From Emiliania huxleyi CCMP1516 (lineage: Eukaryota): a stretch of 64,000 bases of DNA. A program made the position numbers and the translations under genes. Under the pieces are notes generated by a model. That model ran no database searches, was not told where the DNA came from, and saw only the letters and a program-made list of their open reading frames with translations. Location of the stretch: contig NW_005201092.1 in NCBI RefSeq assembly GCF_000372725.1, positions 294,395-358,394 of the forward strand, given 5' to 3'. This document shows, in pieces, positions 21,827-34,138 of this stretch. Position 1 is the first letter of the stretch; each line of letters begins with the position of its first letter.

Positions 21827-24803
21827 CTAGTCATGTCGTGTGTGAGTCATGTGCAGGGAGTGCAGCAGACTCGCCGGAAACGTCCAATCATCCCGCACGC
21901 TGCTGTCTGTCGCGGGCGACGCGGCGGGCTCCCACAGCGCGAGGCCGCTAGTCTCTGCGGCCGCGATGGTCTCGGCGGCCACCACCTGCATGCTCGGTCG
22001 CAGACCCGGGTCTTGCTGCCAGCAGCGAGTGATGAGGTCCGAGTAGACGGCGCGGTCGGGCGAGAGGCTCAGCGGCGGCCGCGACGCGGACGAGGGCGGG
22101 ACGGCCACCTCGTGCATGAGGGACCAGAGCAGCATCCCGTACGAGAAGGTGTCGCACCGCTCGTCGTAGCCCGCGACGGGTGCCTGTCCAGACGCGCCAC
22201 GAGGCTGGGCGCGCACCTCTGGCGCCATGAAACGCTTCGTGCCTGCTCACAGCGTCGCGCTGTAAAGAGAGGCCCCTCCCGGCGCGGCGGCATCAAGCGC
22301 GCTCCGTGCCGACGTCCGACGTGTAGAGTGCCGCCTCGGCACCGGAACCGGAGACCGGCGCCGTCGACGCGTCGCTCGCAGAGGCGGCGCCGCAGCTGCC
22401 CACGAGCCGCGCGAGGCCAAAGTCGGCCACCTTTGCGTGGTACTCCGTGTCGAGGAGCACGTTGCTCGGCTTGATGTCGCGGTGCATGACGCCGTTGCCG
22501 TGCAAGAAGGAGATGCCCGTCGCAACCTCGGCCGCGATCCTGGCCGCCAGCCCCGCCCGGAGGGGCTCGCCCCGCCTGAGCAGCTCGCTGAGCGAGGTCT
22601 GCATCAGCTCGAGCACGAGCGCGCCGCCGCCGCCCGACAAGGTTGTGGCGCCGAAGAGGGTGCAGATCGACGGGTGGCGGAGCCGGGCGAGGAGGCGCGC
22701 CTCGTCCTGCAGCCGCCGCGAGGTCTGCCCGCCCCGCGTCACCTGCGAGAAGCAAGGGGGGGGGGGGGGGGGCAGGGGGCGAGAGGGTGAGGCGAGAGGG
22801 CGACCCGATGCAGGGAGAGCAGAGGGGGAAGGCTGCGAGCTAGCTGCGAGCTAGCTGCGAGCTGGCACCGCCCGCCCTCTCCGCCGTCACCTCGAGGGCG
22901 ACGTGTATGCGGAGATTGTGGGAGATCGCGGGAGATAGTGTGAGATCTCACCTTGAGGGCGACGTGTATGCCGAGCCAGCGGCCCGCGTAGACCGTGCCT
23001 TGGCCTCCCCTGCCGAGGACGCGGTCGATGACGATGTCGTTGGCTGAAGGCGGCGGCGGGAGGGCGGCCGCATCTCGATCCAGAAACGCGAGGCGCACCT
23101 GCGGACCGTGGATGCGTCACGCCGTGAGCATGCGGACATGCCGTGGACATGTCGTGGACGGGTCTCGAGGGCGAGGCGCACGTGCTGCTCCATCAGGTAG
23201 CCGAGCGCCTCGCCGAGCATCAGCGCGCCTAATCTCTCGGGTGATCTCGGGTGATCTCGGGTGATCTCGGGTGATCTCAGGTGGCCGAGCGGGGATCACC
23301 CAGTAGTGCCTCCGATCAGCAGCGGCTCGGCTACATCTCGGCCACATCTCGGTCACATCTCGGCCACATCTCGGCTACATCGTGCCTCCGATCAGTAGAG
23401 GCTCGCCCGGGTGGCCGATCTCCGTGACGGGCGGCGACAAGGTGAAGCCAGCCATGATGACTGCGAATCACGCGAAGCGGTGCGCGTCCAAGATGGCCGA
23501 GTAGCGCAGGTAGACGACGGACAGCAGCAGGAACAGCGCCTCGTTAAGGACGAAGAAGTGGAGCGGGTAGATGAAGCCCGTGGGCAGGTGGAGGAGGAGT
23601 ATGGCGGCGACCAGCACCGCCGTCAGGCCGACCAGCGTGCGACCAAAGAGCAAACGGGCGCGCTGCTGGTCGTGCATGCGGTCTGCCCGCCAGCGCGCAC
23701 CCGCCAAGGATGCGAGCCAGACGAGCTCGCCGAAGAGATAGTCGAGCAAGAACTCGTTCTTGAGGACGAAGGAGAGGGCCAAGTCGAACGCGGCACACCT
23801 GTCGGAAGTTCGTGGAAGGCTCGTGGGAGGCTCCGAGCCTGGCAGCGAGGACCAGCTCGAAGGCGGCTCGCACATGCCGAGGAAGATCAGGAACGGCAAA
23901 AAGGCAGAGCGGAAGGCCTTGGACGTGTACTGCGCCTCCATGTCCCGGTCGACGAACTGGAGCCTGCCGGGACAGGGAGAAGCGCAGCGGTCGAGTGGCG
24001 TGTGCGCTCCCTGGCGCGCCGCCGGTGTGTCTCTCTCATTGGGGCGCACGTCCACGGCTTGAGCGGCGGCGGCGCAGCGGGGGCGAGCAACTGCCCGGCG
24101 GCGGCGGCTCGCTCGAGGAAGGCGAGTCGCATGCGCCGCTCGAGGAGGTAGCCTGCCGCCTCGCCGAGCAGTAGTGCTCCGCCTACGCGACACCTCGGGG
24201 CGGTGGCACCGCGACCTCGGGAGACCTCGCCGAGCAGGAGCCGCCCCGCCCAGCAGGAGAGGCTCCGCTGGCCGGCCAAGCACAGACAGCTGCGGCAGCA
24301 TGGCGCTCCCGATCGCCTGCACACCGAACCTCGACGGCTCTCAACTTGCGGGCCGTCACAGCTCTGCCCGCTCTGCCCGCGTCTCGCGTTGGTCGCGGAG
24401 TAGGCGGCGCGCGACTGCCACGGGATGGCCTGAAGGTGCCGAGGAGAAGGCTCATCATAGAGGGATCGGAGACTGCGGCGCGCGGCTGCCACGGGGTGGC
24501 CGAGTGGCGCAGGTAGAGAGAGACGAGGCACCGCATCAGCGCAACCACCACCACCAGGCCGGGGTGCCTTGGCTCGGGCGGGTGGATCCGGAAGATGAGC
24601 AGCAGCGCGGCCCAGCCCACAACCGCCGTGGCATTGAGCGCGAGGCCAAACAGCGCGCGCGCCCGCTGCTGGTCCGCCATGCGGCCCGTCCTCCGGCGAG
24701 CGACGGCCAACACGACTCCGGCGAGAGCGGTCGCCATCCCGGCTTCTCGGATGGCCGGGAATCCCACGGCAAGGGCTGTATACAGCGCGGACCAGACCAC
24801 CTA
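21827..24803 (-). CDS. Multi-transmembrane TKL-type Ser/Thr kinase, multi-exon, 5' end uncertain
   Basis: LGRGGQGTVYAGRW, VALK|V, HRDIKPSNVLL, ADFGLAR, GT.RFMAPE, DTFSYGMLLW, CWQQDP.LRPSM; preceded by two homologous hydrophobic modules. Confidence 0.88.
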
Positions 24804-25288
24804 TGCAAGAGAAGAGAGAGACACGCGTCACTCAGTGGTGTGCGGCACAGGATGCACTCGGCGTCTCTTCAGCACGCCAGGAAGACAACGAGAGGCGAGT
24901 AGGCGGAGCGGAACGCATCAGCAGTGAAGCGTGCCTCGAGCGCGGGGTTTTTGATGGTAAGAGTCCACCGCTGCAGCCGTGCATCGTCTGTAGCTGGCCA
25001 GAATGCGGCTGCCGCGGCGAGCATCACCAACGCAGCAGCAGCGACGCTTGTTTTTCGGTTTCCAGCAGGTGTCTTTGGCTGCCTTGAGCGTGGCCAATCT
25101 ATCAGCGTACCGCGCCTTCAGCATAGCGATCCGCGCCTTGAGCTCTTCCAGCTCACGATCTCGTCGGGAGAGCGTCCTCGTCCGTGTGGTGCGATCCGCC
25201 GCCGCGTGGTCGAGTGCAGCGATCAGGGCGAGGAGCGCTGCGAAGGGCGTGCACCTCGATCCTGCACCGTGTTTGTTATGACCCCCCC

Positions 25289-25378
25289 CAGTGAACACAC
25301 CAGTGAGGGAGGGCGAGACGATCGAGGGGTCCCGTACCATGCGGAATCGACCCTATCCAGTGCTCAAGTGCTCAAGCT
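25289..25378 (+). mobile_element. Dispersed repeat family B (short, tandem CAAGTGCT tail), abutting a diverged reverse family A copy (~25385-25520)
   Basis: CAGTGAGGGAGGGCGAGACGATCGAGG...GTACCATGCGGAATCGACCCTATC is also at 56993 (+) and 55104-55194 (-). Confidence 0.8.
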
Positions 25379-26126
25379 AGGAAGGCGAAACACAGTCCGA
25401 CCAACGACTGGGTTGCAGACTGGGACACCAACGCGGTATGGGTGGACGCAGGACGGGCGATGACGGTCACACAGGAGCGACACACAGAACCACAAGACAA
25501 GACACTCAGCCAACGGGGCGGCTGCCACACATCCTGAGCGAACTTCCCTGTCACCCGCGGCCGGACTCCATCCGGCACGCGTCGCTGGGCGCTCAGAGCT
25601 GCGTCCCCTGCTCGCCACCCCGACGCCCAAGGCGCCCGAGCGAACGACAGGCGGCACGCGAAGACTGATTGCAATCCCGCCGACCGCCAGGCCGCGGGAT
25701 GATGCGTGCGTGGTCTTGTAGTGGGTCTCGGAAGCATGTGGCCGCAGCCCAAAGCATGTGGCCGCACACACACTGCCGATTTTATATGCAGCCCACTTCT
25801 TCTCTTCCACCTGGTGGTGCGATGGGCTCCCTCCCGCGGGGAGATGTCACGCCCCCCACAGCAAATCGGTTTTTGCCCTTAAATAGTGCTGTTTTCGTTG
25901 GGCCGAATTTCGCTTGACTTGGTCGGTTTGAGCACTATCTTCAGCCAACGCCCACAGCAAATCGGTGAAAACCTGGAGTCACGCCACTGGTTCGCGACGC
26001 GCACCACAAGAGCGTCTGCGACCCGGAGGCGCCGTATCAGTACCTGCAGAACGACATCTGGACGCCGATCGACTCGACCCTCGCTCTACCGCCTCACTTG
26101 GTGGCCACCACTGAACTTGGTCCTCC

Positions 26127-27695
26127 ATGGAGTCTGAACCGGCCGCCATTATGCCGCAGCAGGACTGGGAGGTTGTCATGGTGGACGAGGCGGCACAAGA
26201 GGGTTTCTTCCACTACGAGGTTCGGCGAGGCGAGGAGGCCTATCGCTTGCCAGTCCTGCGGAATTGGAAGCTCGTCGGCTCTGCCTTCTACACAATGAAT
26301 GTGCGAGAGCACCGCGTCACCCCGATTCAGGAGCTGTATGAGCACGAGGCATGGTTGCGCATGAGCGTGAAGTTGAAACCGGAGGACGTTCTCATCTGCT
26401 CGTACCCCAAGTCGGGGACGACACTGGTCGAGCAGATCGTGCTGCTTCTGCTCAACAGCGGCGATCACGAGGCCCTTGATCCCCTCTCCAAGAATGCGAT
26501 TCGACCGACAAAAGCGACGTTTGGAAAGATCTGGCCCGAGGCGTGCCTAGTGCCTGATGGCTGCACCGAGCGGGCACCCTTCCGACCGATAGGCGAGCAG
26601 TTCAGGCCAGTGGAGCTCTCGCTCTTCGAGGCCATGCACAGCCCTCGCGTCATCAAGACGCACAACGCTCCACAGCATGTCGTTGGCTGCGATGCGAGCG
26701 GGCAGCTGGCAGAGTCTCGATACATCATCGTGTGCCGCAACCCCCTCGACACTTGCGTCTCTGCGTACTATCATGGCTGGAGCCCCGCTGAGAGCGGCGT
26801 GCCCTTTGATGCGTGGTCAGTCGCATGGCTCGCCGGGCTGCCAGCGCAAGGCGGCACGTGGTGGACGTATTATGAGCAATGGCGGCGAGCGGAGCAGCTC
26901 AGCACGAAGCGCGCCCAGTTCTTATGGGTGCAGTACGAGCACATCAAGGATCAGCCTGAGCGTGAGATTCGCCGTATCGCCGCCTTCCTCGGCATCGACG
27001 GCGACGACGCTCTCATCGCGCGCGTTGTGCATGGTAGCGACTTTACCGTCATGAAGCGCAGCGCAAAGGAGGCCGCCAAGGCCCGCCACCGGTTGGACTC
27101 GGACGCACACATGCGCAAGGGGATCGTGGGCGATCACATCAACCACTTTGAGCCCGAGCGCCGCCGCCGCTTCATCTCTGCCCTGCAAGGCGGCGGCAAC
27201 CCCCACGCACCATTCACGGATGCAGTCTCGCTATCTTTTAACTCTCCAGCAGAGCAGGTCTCGCCCCAGCCATTCGCCATCCTTGATTTCATGGCAACGC
27301 TGCTGCTACCCGCCACTATGAACGCGGCAAACACGTGTATCATCCCGATTGCCGAGGCTGTCGTCCGGTCCCGACGAATGAGTGCCGATGCAACAAGGAC
27401 GGAGGTGCTGCACGCATCGGCGCTAGAGATCGCCGTTAGCACGGCTGGAATTTTGCTGTCCACGCTAGCCTACTTCGCTATGCCATCGCGGTGGCACGAG
27501 GGGCGCACCATCTACCTGTTTGCCAGCGGCTGCTTCACCGTCGGCACCGGCGCCTACATGACGGCCGTGTTGACAGACACGCCCAGGTGGGCGACACTCT
27601 TGTGTCGCGTCCTGGCGCTGAGCGGCTCCGGTATCAAGTACACCATCAAGGCGCGCTTTCGCAGAGCCGGCGCACATGCACACGCACATGCATAA
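26127..27695 (+). CDS. Cytosolic-type sulfotransferase (Sulfotransfer_1) with a C-terminal multi-TM extension
   Basis: 5'-PSB SYPKSGTT, IKTH, 3'-PB RNPLDTCVS, YEHIK, MRKGIVGD; followed by ~4 hydrophobic helices. Confidence 0.9.
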   Translation: MESEPAAIMPQQDWEVVMVDEAAQEGFFHYEVRRGEEAYRLPVLRNWKLVGSAFYTMNVREHRVTPIQELYEHEAWLRMSVKLKPEDVLICSYPKSGTTLVEQIVLLLLNSGDHEALDPLSKNAIRPTKATFGKIWPEACLVPDGCTERAPFRPIGEQFRPVELSLFEAMHSPRVIKTHNAPQHVVGCDASGQLAESRYIIVCRNPLDTCVSAYYHGWSPAESGVPFDAWSVAWLAGLPAQGGTWWTYYEQWRRAEQLSTKRAQFLWVQYEHIKDQPEREIRRIAAFLGIDGDDALIARVVHGSDFTVMKRSAKEAAKARHRLDSDAHMRKGIVGDHINHFEPERRRRFISALQGGGNPHAPFTDAVSLSFNSPAEQVSPQPFAILDFMATLLLPATMNAANTCIIPIAEAVVRSRRMSADATRTEVLHASALEIAVSTAGILLSTLAYFAMPSRWHEGRTIYLFASGCFTVGTGAYMTAVLTDTPRWATLLCRVLALSGSGIKYTIKARFRRAGAHAHAHA

Positions 27696-28072
27696 ATCTA
27701 CAGATGCATTAAATCTACACATGCACATGCATTAAATCTACACATGCACATGCATTTATCTACACATGCACACGTACCAAGCATGCGCCCCGGCTGATGT
27801 ACGTGCACATGCCGAACACAGGTGCGCATATCCCAGTCGCTTTTTGCACAGAAGCGGTCGTTCCTCATGCTCTGTGTCACGACGTCGGCTCTTGTTGGCA
27901 CGCAACACGGGGTCCCAGGGAAGGCGAGCAAGAACCTTCTCGCGTGCCAGACGCCAAAAAGACGACGCAAATCCATTCACAGTCCTTGGCGACGGCGGCT
28001 TCAGAAGCGGCTTCAGAAGAGAGCTTCTTTACTTATAAAATTCTTTATTTTCTCTTTGTGGTTGGCTCTGGC

Positions 28073-28606
28073 GGGCGCGCTGCGGTCGCACGCCTCCCAA
28101 GTCATATGCCACGGCGTGCAATGTAGATTCAGCACACGCGCCTCTGCTCGCGAACACTCATCCAATGAATTGTCATCCCCCATGTGCCATGAGTGCGAGA
28201 TAGGGCTAGCGGCTGGCCGCTAGCTAGCCTCTGAGGAGGGCGTCCATAGACACCTCACATGACCCCACACACGGTCTTGTCCGGCCTTGCGGCCGGCTAG
28301 ATTGCTAGAGGCGGAGCAAGCCTGCTCTAGTCTCACATGTTGGCCCCTGTCGCCTGTCTGTGTTGTTGTGCTGTTGTTTGTTCCTTGGCACCTTGGAGTG
28401 CTGGGGGGGCGACAGGGGGGACTGGCCCTGAGTGATGTGTACGCCTACTCAGGGTGTGTGGCAGCCCGCTGGCTGTGAGTCTTGTGAGCTTGTTTGTGTC
28501 TGTGTGTCGCTCGTGCGTGTCGTCATCATCTGTCCCGCGTCCACCCATACCGCGTTGGTGTCCAGTCCGAGCCTGACTGTTCTTCGCCTTTCTATCAATC
28601 AATCAA
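28073..28606 (+). mobile_element. Repeat family A, long copy with (TCAA)n tail, followed by a diverged partial copy (~28620-28980)
   Basis: Colinear with 56850-57446. Confidence 0.8.
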
Positions 28607-29134
28607 ATGGCTCTACTAACTCATGCGGCCGGCGAGGCGGAACAGCCTGCTCTAGCCTCACCGTTACGTGCCTGGTCGCCTTGTTGTTGTTGTTGTTGTT
28701 GTTTTGTTGCTCGTGCTCGTGTATCGCGCGCGTTGAGCTCTTGGTGCGAACTGCGATGGTGCCTTTTGGCGCCTGCTTGGCGCTTGGGCGCTGGAGGGGG
28801 CCCGGGGGGGGCGACCACAGGGACGCGGCCCCGAGTGATGTAGTGCCGTACACGCATCACTCGGCGGGATGCGGTGTGGCAGCCAGCTCGCAGCTGGGGC
28901 TGAGAGTGTCTTGTGTGTTCAACTATCTACTTGTGAGTGTTTCTCTGTGTCTGTGGGTCGCGCTCTCCAGCGCGTGCCGTCATCTCCTGTCTCGCGTCCG
29001 CACACCCACACTGGGAAGCGCCGGTGTCCACATAACCCATCTTGCGTCCGGAATCGATGTCTAGATACACATGAATGTTTTCTTTCGCGGCACGGGGGTT
29101 CACACGGGTCGGCGTCTGCGCGCAACCGCCGCCT

Positions 29135-31274
29135 CTAGTTGATCCACCACCACTCTTGCCCCACGCCGGCCTCCCGCCACGCCGCGCACGCGGCCGTCTT
29201 GAGGTCGACCTCGCTGGTCGTCCGCCCTCCGTCGCCAATGACGCCGTGCGCATAGTGGGCCGGCCAGCCCGGCTCATCGTCGACCGCACGCCAGCCCTCG
29301 CCGGCGGGGAAGCCCGCGTGCTCCGCAAAGGAGAGCCACTGCCGGAGGAGCGCTCGACCGAGCGCCACGTCCGCCGGCGCTGGGCGGTAGGGGCCGCACC
29401 GGCTCCCGGGCCAGTACGACACGTCTGGGTCCCAGCCCCAGGCGCTCACCGCCGCCGCGGTGGGCGCGCCGACCGACATGGCGGCGATGAAGTCGAAGAG
29501 GTGGAAGGCGTAGATGGAGGGCGTGTGGCAGTCCTCGAGGAAGAGCGGGTGGTGCGGCCGCGCCCGGACGAGGGAGAGGAAGACGGCGGCGGTGCCGCTC
29601 CTCCGCCGCGCGGCGCCCGCCTCAACTGCGAGCGCGAGCGAGCCGCAAGTCGCGCCCGTGTCCGCAGTCAGCGCGTAAGCTGGCGCGGCGGGCAGGGTCT
29701 CGTTCTCGCCGCCGACACCCGCGTAGATCGAGTAGAGCCGCGCTGCCGCCGCGCCGAAGCCGGGCGTCAGCTTGGCCTCGATGTAGGCGGCCGCGTCGGC
29801 GCGGCTGCGCAGCGCGGCGAGGGCGGGGTCGGGCTGCCAGTCGAGCTCGCCCTCGAGCATCTGCAGCAACAGCGGCGCCGAGTAGCCCTCGCGCGCCGCC
29901 TCCAAGCTGCCTCGCGTGATGGTGACGCCGTCGACGTACGGCAGAGCAGACCACTCGAGTCCGCCTGCGGGCGGGATATGGGGAGATATGGGGAGATATG
30001 GGGAGATATGGGGAGATGTGGGGAGATGTGGGGAGATGTGGGGAGATGTGGGGAGATGTGGGGAGATGTGGGGAGATGTGGGGAGATGTGGGGAGATATG
30101 CCGGTGAGCAGCCTGCGGGCGGGGCCGGCTCCGAGGCGAGGCTGCGGCCGAAGGAGAAGTAGTCGTACGACGGCTCCAGAGCGCCTTGGAGCTCCGCCAC
30201 GCTCGCCTTGCGCAGGCAGGCCAGGGTCGCCGCGCCGCGCGAAAGCTTTGCGCACGGCGTGTGGCGGAGCCAGCGCTGCTCGTCCTGCCGCAGCTTGTCT
30301 CTGGCCGAGAGGGAGATGTTTGGCGAGGCGCTCAGCGAGATGGCGGCCTACGTACTGAATACGCCAATGAGGGCAGGAAGGCGGCATTGTACAGTCGGAA
30401 TACGTGTCCACTCGAGCGCTGGTTGGATTAGAATACGTATTCCGCTTCTAGGGATGGCGGCGTGGAAGAGGCCGCGGCTCGCCGGCGCGGCGAGGTGGGC
30501 GAGGATGGAGGTGCCGCCAGAGGACTGGCCGAGGAGCGTCACCTTGGCCGCGTCGCCGCCGAAGGCGGCGGCGTTCTTCGCGACCCACCGCATCGCCAGC
30601 TGCTGGTCGAGGATGCCGTAATTGCCGCTCACTCCGCGAGGGTCGGCCGAAGCGAGCTCCTCCAGCGCGGCAAAGCCGAGCGCGCCGAGGCGGTAGTTCA
30701 TCGCGACCAGCATCGCCCGCCCGCCGCTGCCGCTGACCAGGTTCTCGATCGCGCCGTACGAGGCGACGGACCCCTCGACAAGAGAGCCGCCGTACAGCCA
30801 GACAAGGACGCTGAGCCGGGCGGAGGCGTTGCCGAGCGCGGCGACGGGAGTGAAGACGTTGAGCGTCAGGCACTGCTCGGAGACGGCCGGAGGGCCGTAC
30901 GGCGGTTTCATGCCAGGGCAGCCCGGTCCGTCGGCCAAGGCATCCAGTACGCCGTGCCAGCAGGCGGCGGGCGTCGGAGGCAGGAAGCGGCCAGCTTCGC
31001 CGAAGGGAATGCCGCGAAAGGCGGCGACGCCACCCGCCTGCGTCCGCCCCTGCACGACACCGCAGCTGGTGCGAGCAATGACGGCAGGGCTCTCCTTCTC
31101 GACAGTCTCCTTCTCGACAGTCAGGACAGCGGAGCGGGCGCTGGCGCACCACGCGCATGCGAGGAGGAGGAGCAGACTCAGAACAACCAAGCCGCAATGG
31201 CGGTGAGGGGTCGTCTTGCCGTGTGGCAACTGGCCGTCATTCAACCGTTCAGCGAGCAGTGGCCGCGTGTGCAT
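29135..31274 (-). CDS. Type-B carboxylesterase/cholinesterase family, N-terminal signal/anchor, multi-exon
   Basis: FRGIPF, SEQCLTLNVF, WLYGG, NYRLGALGF, GNYGILDQ..A.RWV..AAFGGD..VTLLGQSSGG; (GGGGAGATGT)n intron at 29975-30100. Confidence 0.92.
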
Positions 31275-31892
31275 GCGTCAGACACGCTGCAGATCTGAGT
31301 CGGGTGACGCTCGTGACGTGAACAACGAGAACAGTTCACTTGGCCACCGGTGGGGGTACGACACGCGATCTGTCGTGGGATCGCTTGTCATGACTCATCA
31401 GAGGTGGGAGAAGCCGCGAGAGCAAGGAATCGTGTGTGTGTGTGTGTGTGTGTGCAAGGGATCGGCAGGCGGCGGCGTCGTCGCAGAACGAGGCAGAGGA
31501 GAGTTACGAGACAGAGGGATGTGGGACAGAGGATGACGACACGTCGAGACGACACGCGCGAGCGACACACAGACACACAATCAATCGGCGAGAGACTGCG
31601 AAGAGAGATAGGAAGAGGCAGACGCCCAAGGGTGGGCGACGGCTAGCGCACCACACCCCTCTCCTTAAAATCCCTGTGTGGTCTTACGGCAATTTCTGTT
31701 TTCTTTGTTGTAAAAATCATGAAGGTTTGTTGTAAAATTCTCTAAATTGTTTCTCCCCAAGTTCAGGATATAAGCTAGCCCGATGCTGAGCATCCGGCCC
31801 GCTGGGTGCGCTTCATAGCTCCCCGAGGGCCCAACTTCATAATCGTGCTTTTTGGGTTGGGTTGGGTTGTTGGCCCGGGTTGGGTTGTTCCG

Positions 31893-32921
31893 CGTGAGGT
31901 TGGGTCGTCGGCGCGAATGGTGAGGTCTCGACCGCCGCCGCTCACGCCAGCGGACGGCCACCATCGGTGTTTTTGGCTTCGCCACCGTCCAAGGCGTGCG
32001 CCATGCGCTCGCCGGCATCGAGCGAGCAACGTGATCGACCGAGCGGCTTGCTGTGTGGACGCCTTCTTGTGGCTCTCGTCGAGAGCGTTTTGCGTCCCGG
32101 CGGGTGGGAGAATATGTCGTCTGATGTGTCACTGTGTACGTCACATCGGTCTTGATAACAAGCACGGTCGATCCGTCGAAGCGATACACTCGTTCCTATC
32201 ACGCTGGAAGGCTGGCACGGAGCTCTGTGCCGGCACACAGAAGAGCCGTGCGGCAAGAGAAGAGCTCGATGGGGAGCGAGAACCGTCAGATTTTCAGGTG
32301 TAACCTGAAGTCCGTCGCGATGCACTCAATCCCTCCCGAGCGAAAGCCTGTGGCTCTCTCGAACTCGTCGATATATTGCGGATAAACTGCTCTTCCCGCA
32401 TAGCTTGCAGAGTCAGAGGCGCAGAAAGGCTGCGAGTGCTCGACGAGTCTTGCGAGCTGCGCGGTCAAACCAGGGGGGAACTGACCGCATCAAGGCGGAC
32501 TTCCGAAACCTGGGTGAGCACCTCTGACGGTTCTCGCTCCCCATCGAGCTCTTCTTGCCGCACGGCTCTTGCTGTGTGCCGGCACAGAGCTCCGTGCCAG
32601 CCTTCCAGCGTGATAGGAACGAGTGTATCGCTTCGACGGATCGACCGTGCTTGTTATCAAGACCGATTTGACGCACACAGTGACACATCAGACGACACAT
32701 ATTCTCCCACCCGCCGGGACGCAAAACGCTCTCGACGAGAGCCACAAGAAGGCGTCCACACAGCAAGCCGCTCGGTCGATCACGTTGCTCGCTCGATGCC
32801 GGCGAGCGCATGGCGCACGCCTTGGACGGTGGCGAAGCCAAAAACACCGATGGTGGCCGTCCGCTGGCGTGAGCGGCGGCGGTCGAGACCTCACCATTCG
32901 CGCCGACGACCCAACCTCACG
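31893..32921. repeat. Long inverted repeat: ~400-bp arms (31893-32290 and 32523-32921) with a 232-bp spacer
   Basis: Arms are reverse complements with only a few substitutions and indels. Confidence 0.97.
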
Positions 32922-33175
32922 GAAGAATTCAACAAAAAGAACTCTCTCTCACCGACACAGGTTCGACACAGGTACCAAAAGGAGCACAGCAGACGGCAAC
33001 CCCTTAGGCGCCGTCGAAGAGACCGGCCCACCTGGCCGGCCGCTCTTCCCCCCTCCCCTCGAAAGCGCGCTCAATCGCTCGCTCGTCGCACTCCATATCA
33101 CCTGGACCTATCAACAGGCGCCTGCGGCGCCGTGGTCAGAAGCTGCTGCTCCAACCTGTTCACACTTTCATAGTT

Positions 33176-33335
33176 GACTTGGAGCACTTGGAGTGCGGTC
33201 ATTAACCTCACGTCCAGGACCGGGGAGCTAAGAAGCGCACCCAGTTGGCCGGACGCTCGGTATCGGGTTGCGGGCTAGAGAGCCCTAGCCCCGGGTGTGC
33301 GCGGTCGCAGGGCCATAACACGTCTCCGAGGGATG
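33176..33335 (-). mobile_element. Repeat family C copy
   Basis: Reverse complement homologous to 21334-21512. Confidence 0.7.
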
Positions 33336-33498
33336 GTTCCGTGTACCGGGTTACCCCTTAACTGCAGAACGCACCCTCTTCCTCGACCGTGGGGGGGTGC
33401 GCGGTCGCAGGGCCATAATGGTATTTTTTCTCTCGGCGTTTGCTGCCCCCCCCCCGTGTTGAAGACCAACCAACATTCGCCGCGGGCTGCCTACGAAG

Positions 33499-34138
33499 AT
33501 GGCCACCTCAGCGCCGACAGTGGTTGCCACGTCGGCCCGCGCCTCGTCGGAGCACGATGCCGCCGTTAGCATCCAGAGGCACGTTCGCGGTAAGTTTGCC
33601 CGCAGCGAGCTTGGCGAAGCTTCCAAAGCCTACTTCCAAAGCCTCGCGCGCGTTCGAGACAGCGCCGGTGGTCGAGACAGCGCCGGTGGTCGAGACTTGG
33701 ACCCCGTTGAGTCGTACCGAGACCAGCAGTTGCGCGCCTTCCGATCACACTGGACCGTACGCTTTGACCACCGGCGTACGCATCACCTCTTCCGGCTGCT
33801 CGACGTCAAGGGCGACTACAGGGTCTCCGTGCACGAGCTCGCGGTGCCTTCCCGAATCTCCGTCGCTCCCGCTACCTTTCGCTCGGCCCCTCGTGACTGC
33901 GTGTGTGGAACTCTCTGTTCAGGTGGGGCTCCTCTCCATCGGCCTCTTCGACGGCTTGGCGGCGGAGAGTGAGGAGGAGCGGCAGAGGCAGATCGGCTCC
34001 CTCACCAACGCGTGCATGCTCTTCTTTGATGAGGACGAGAGCGGCATGCTGTCGGCGCGCGAGTTCTTTGCCATCTTCCACGGCGCGCACTGCACTGGGC
34101 CGTGCACGCTTGATGCCATGGGCCGCCTGTCCTTCTAG
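33499..34138 (+). CDS. IQ-motif + EF-hand calcium-binding protein (at least 2 exons, 3' end uncertain)
   Basis: IQ motif AAVSIQRHVRGKFAR; EF-hand-like LFRLLDVKGDYRVSVHEL and FFDEDESGMLSAREF; GT-AG intron ~33844-33922. Confidence 0.7.

Noticed and set aside
24918..25340. Small coiled-coil/Cys-rich ORF
   Set aside because: Starts inside repeat family B; no supporting features
31381..31405. Possible minimal hammerhead ribozyme on the - strand (CTGATGAGTCATGAC)
   Set aside because: The required GAAA after stem II is absent (AAGC instead), and stems I and III were not found
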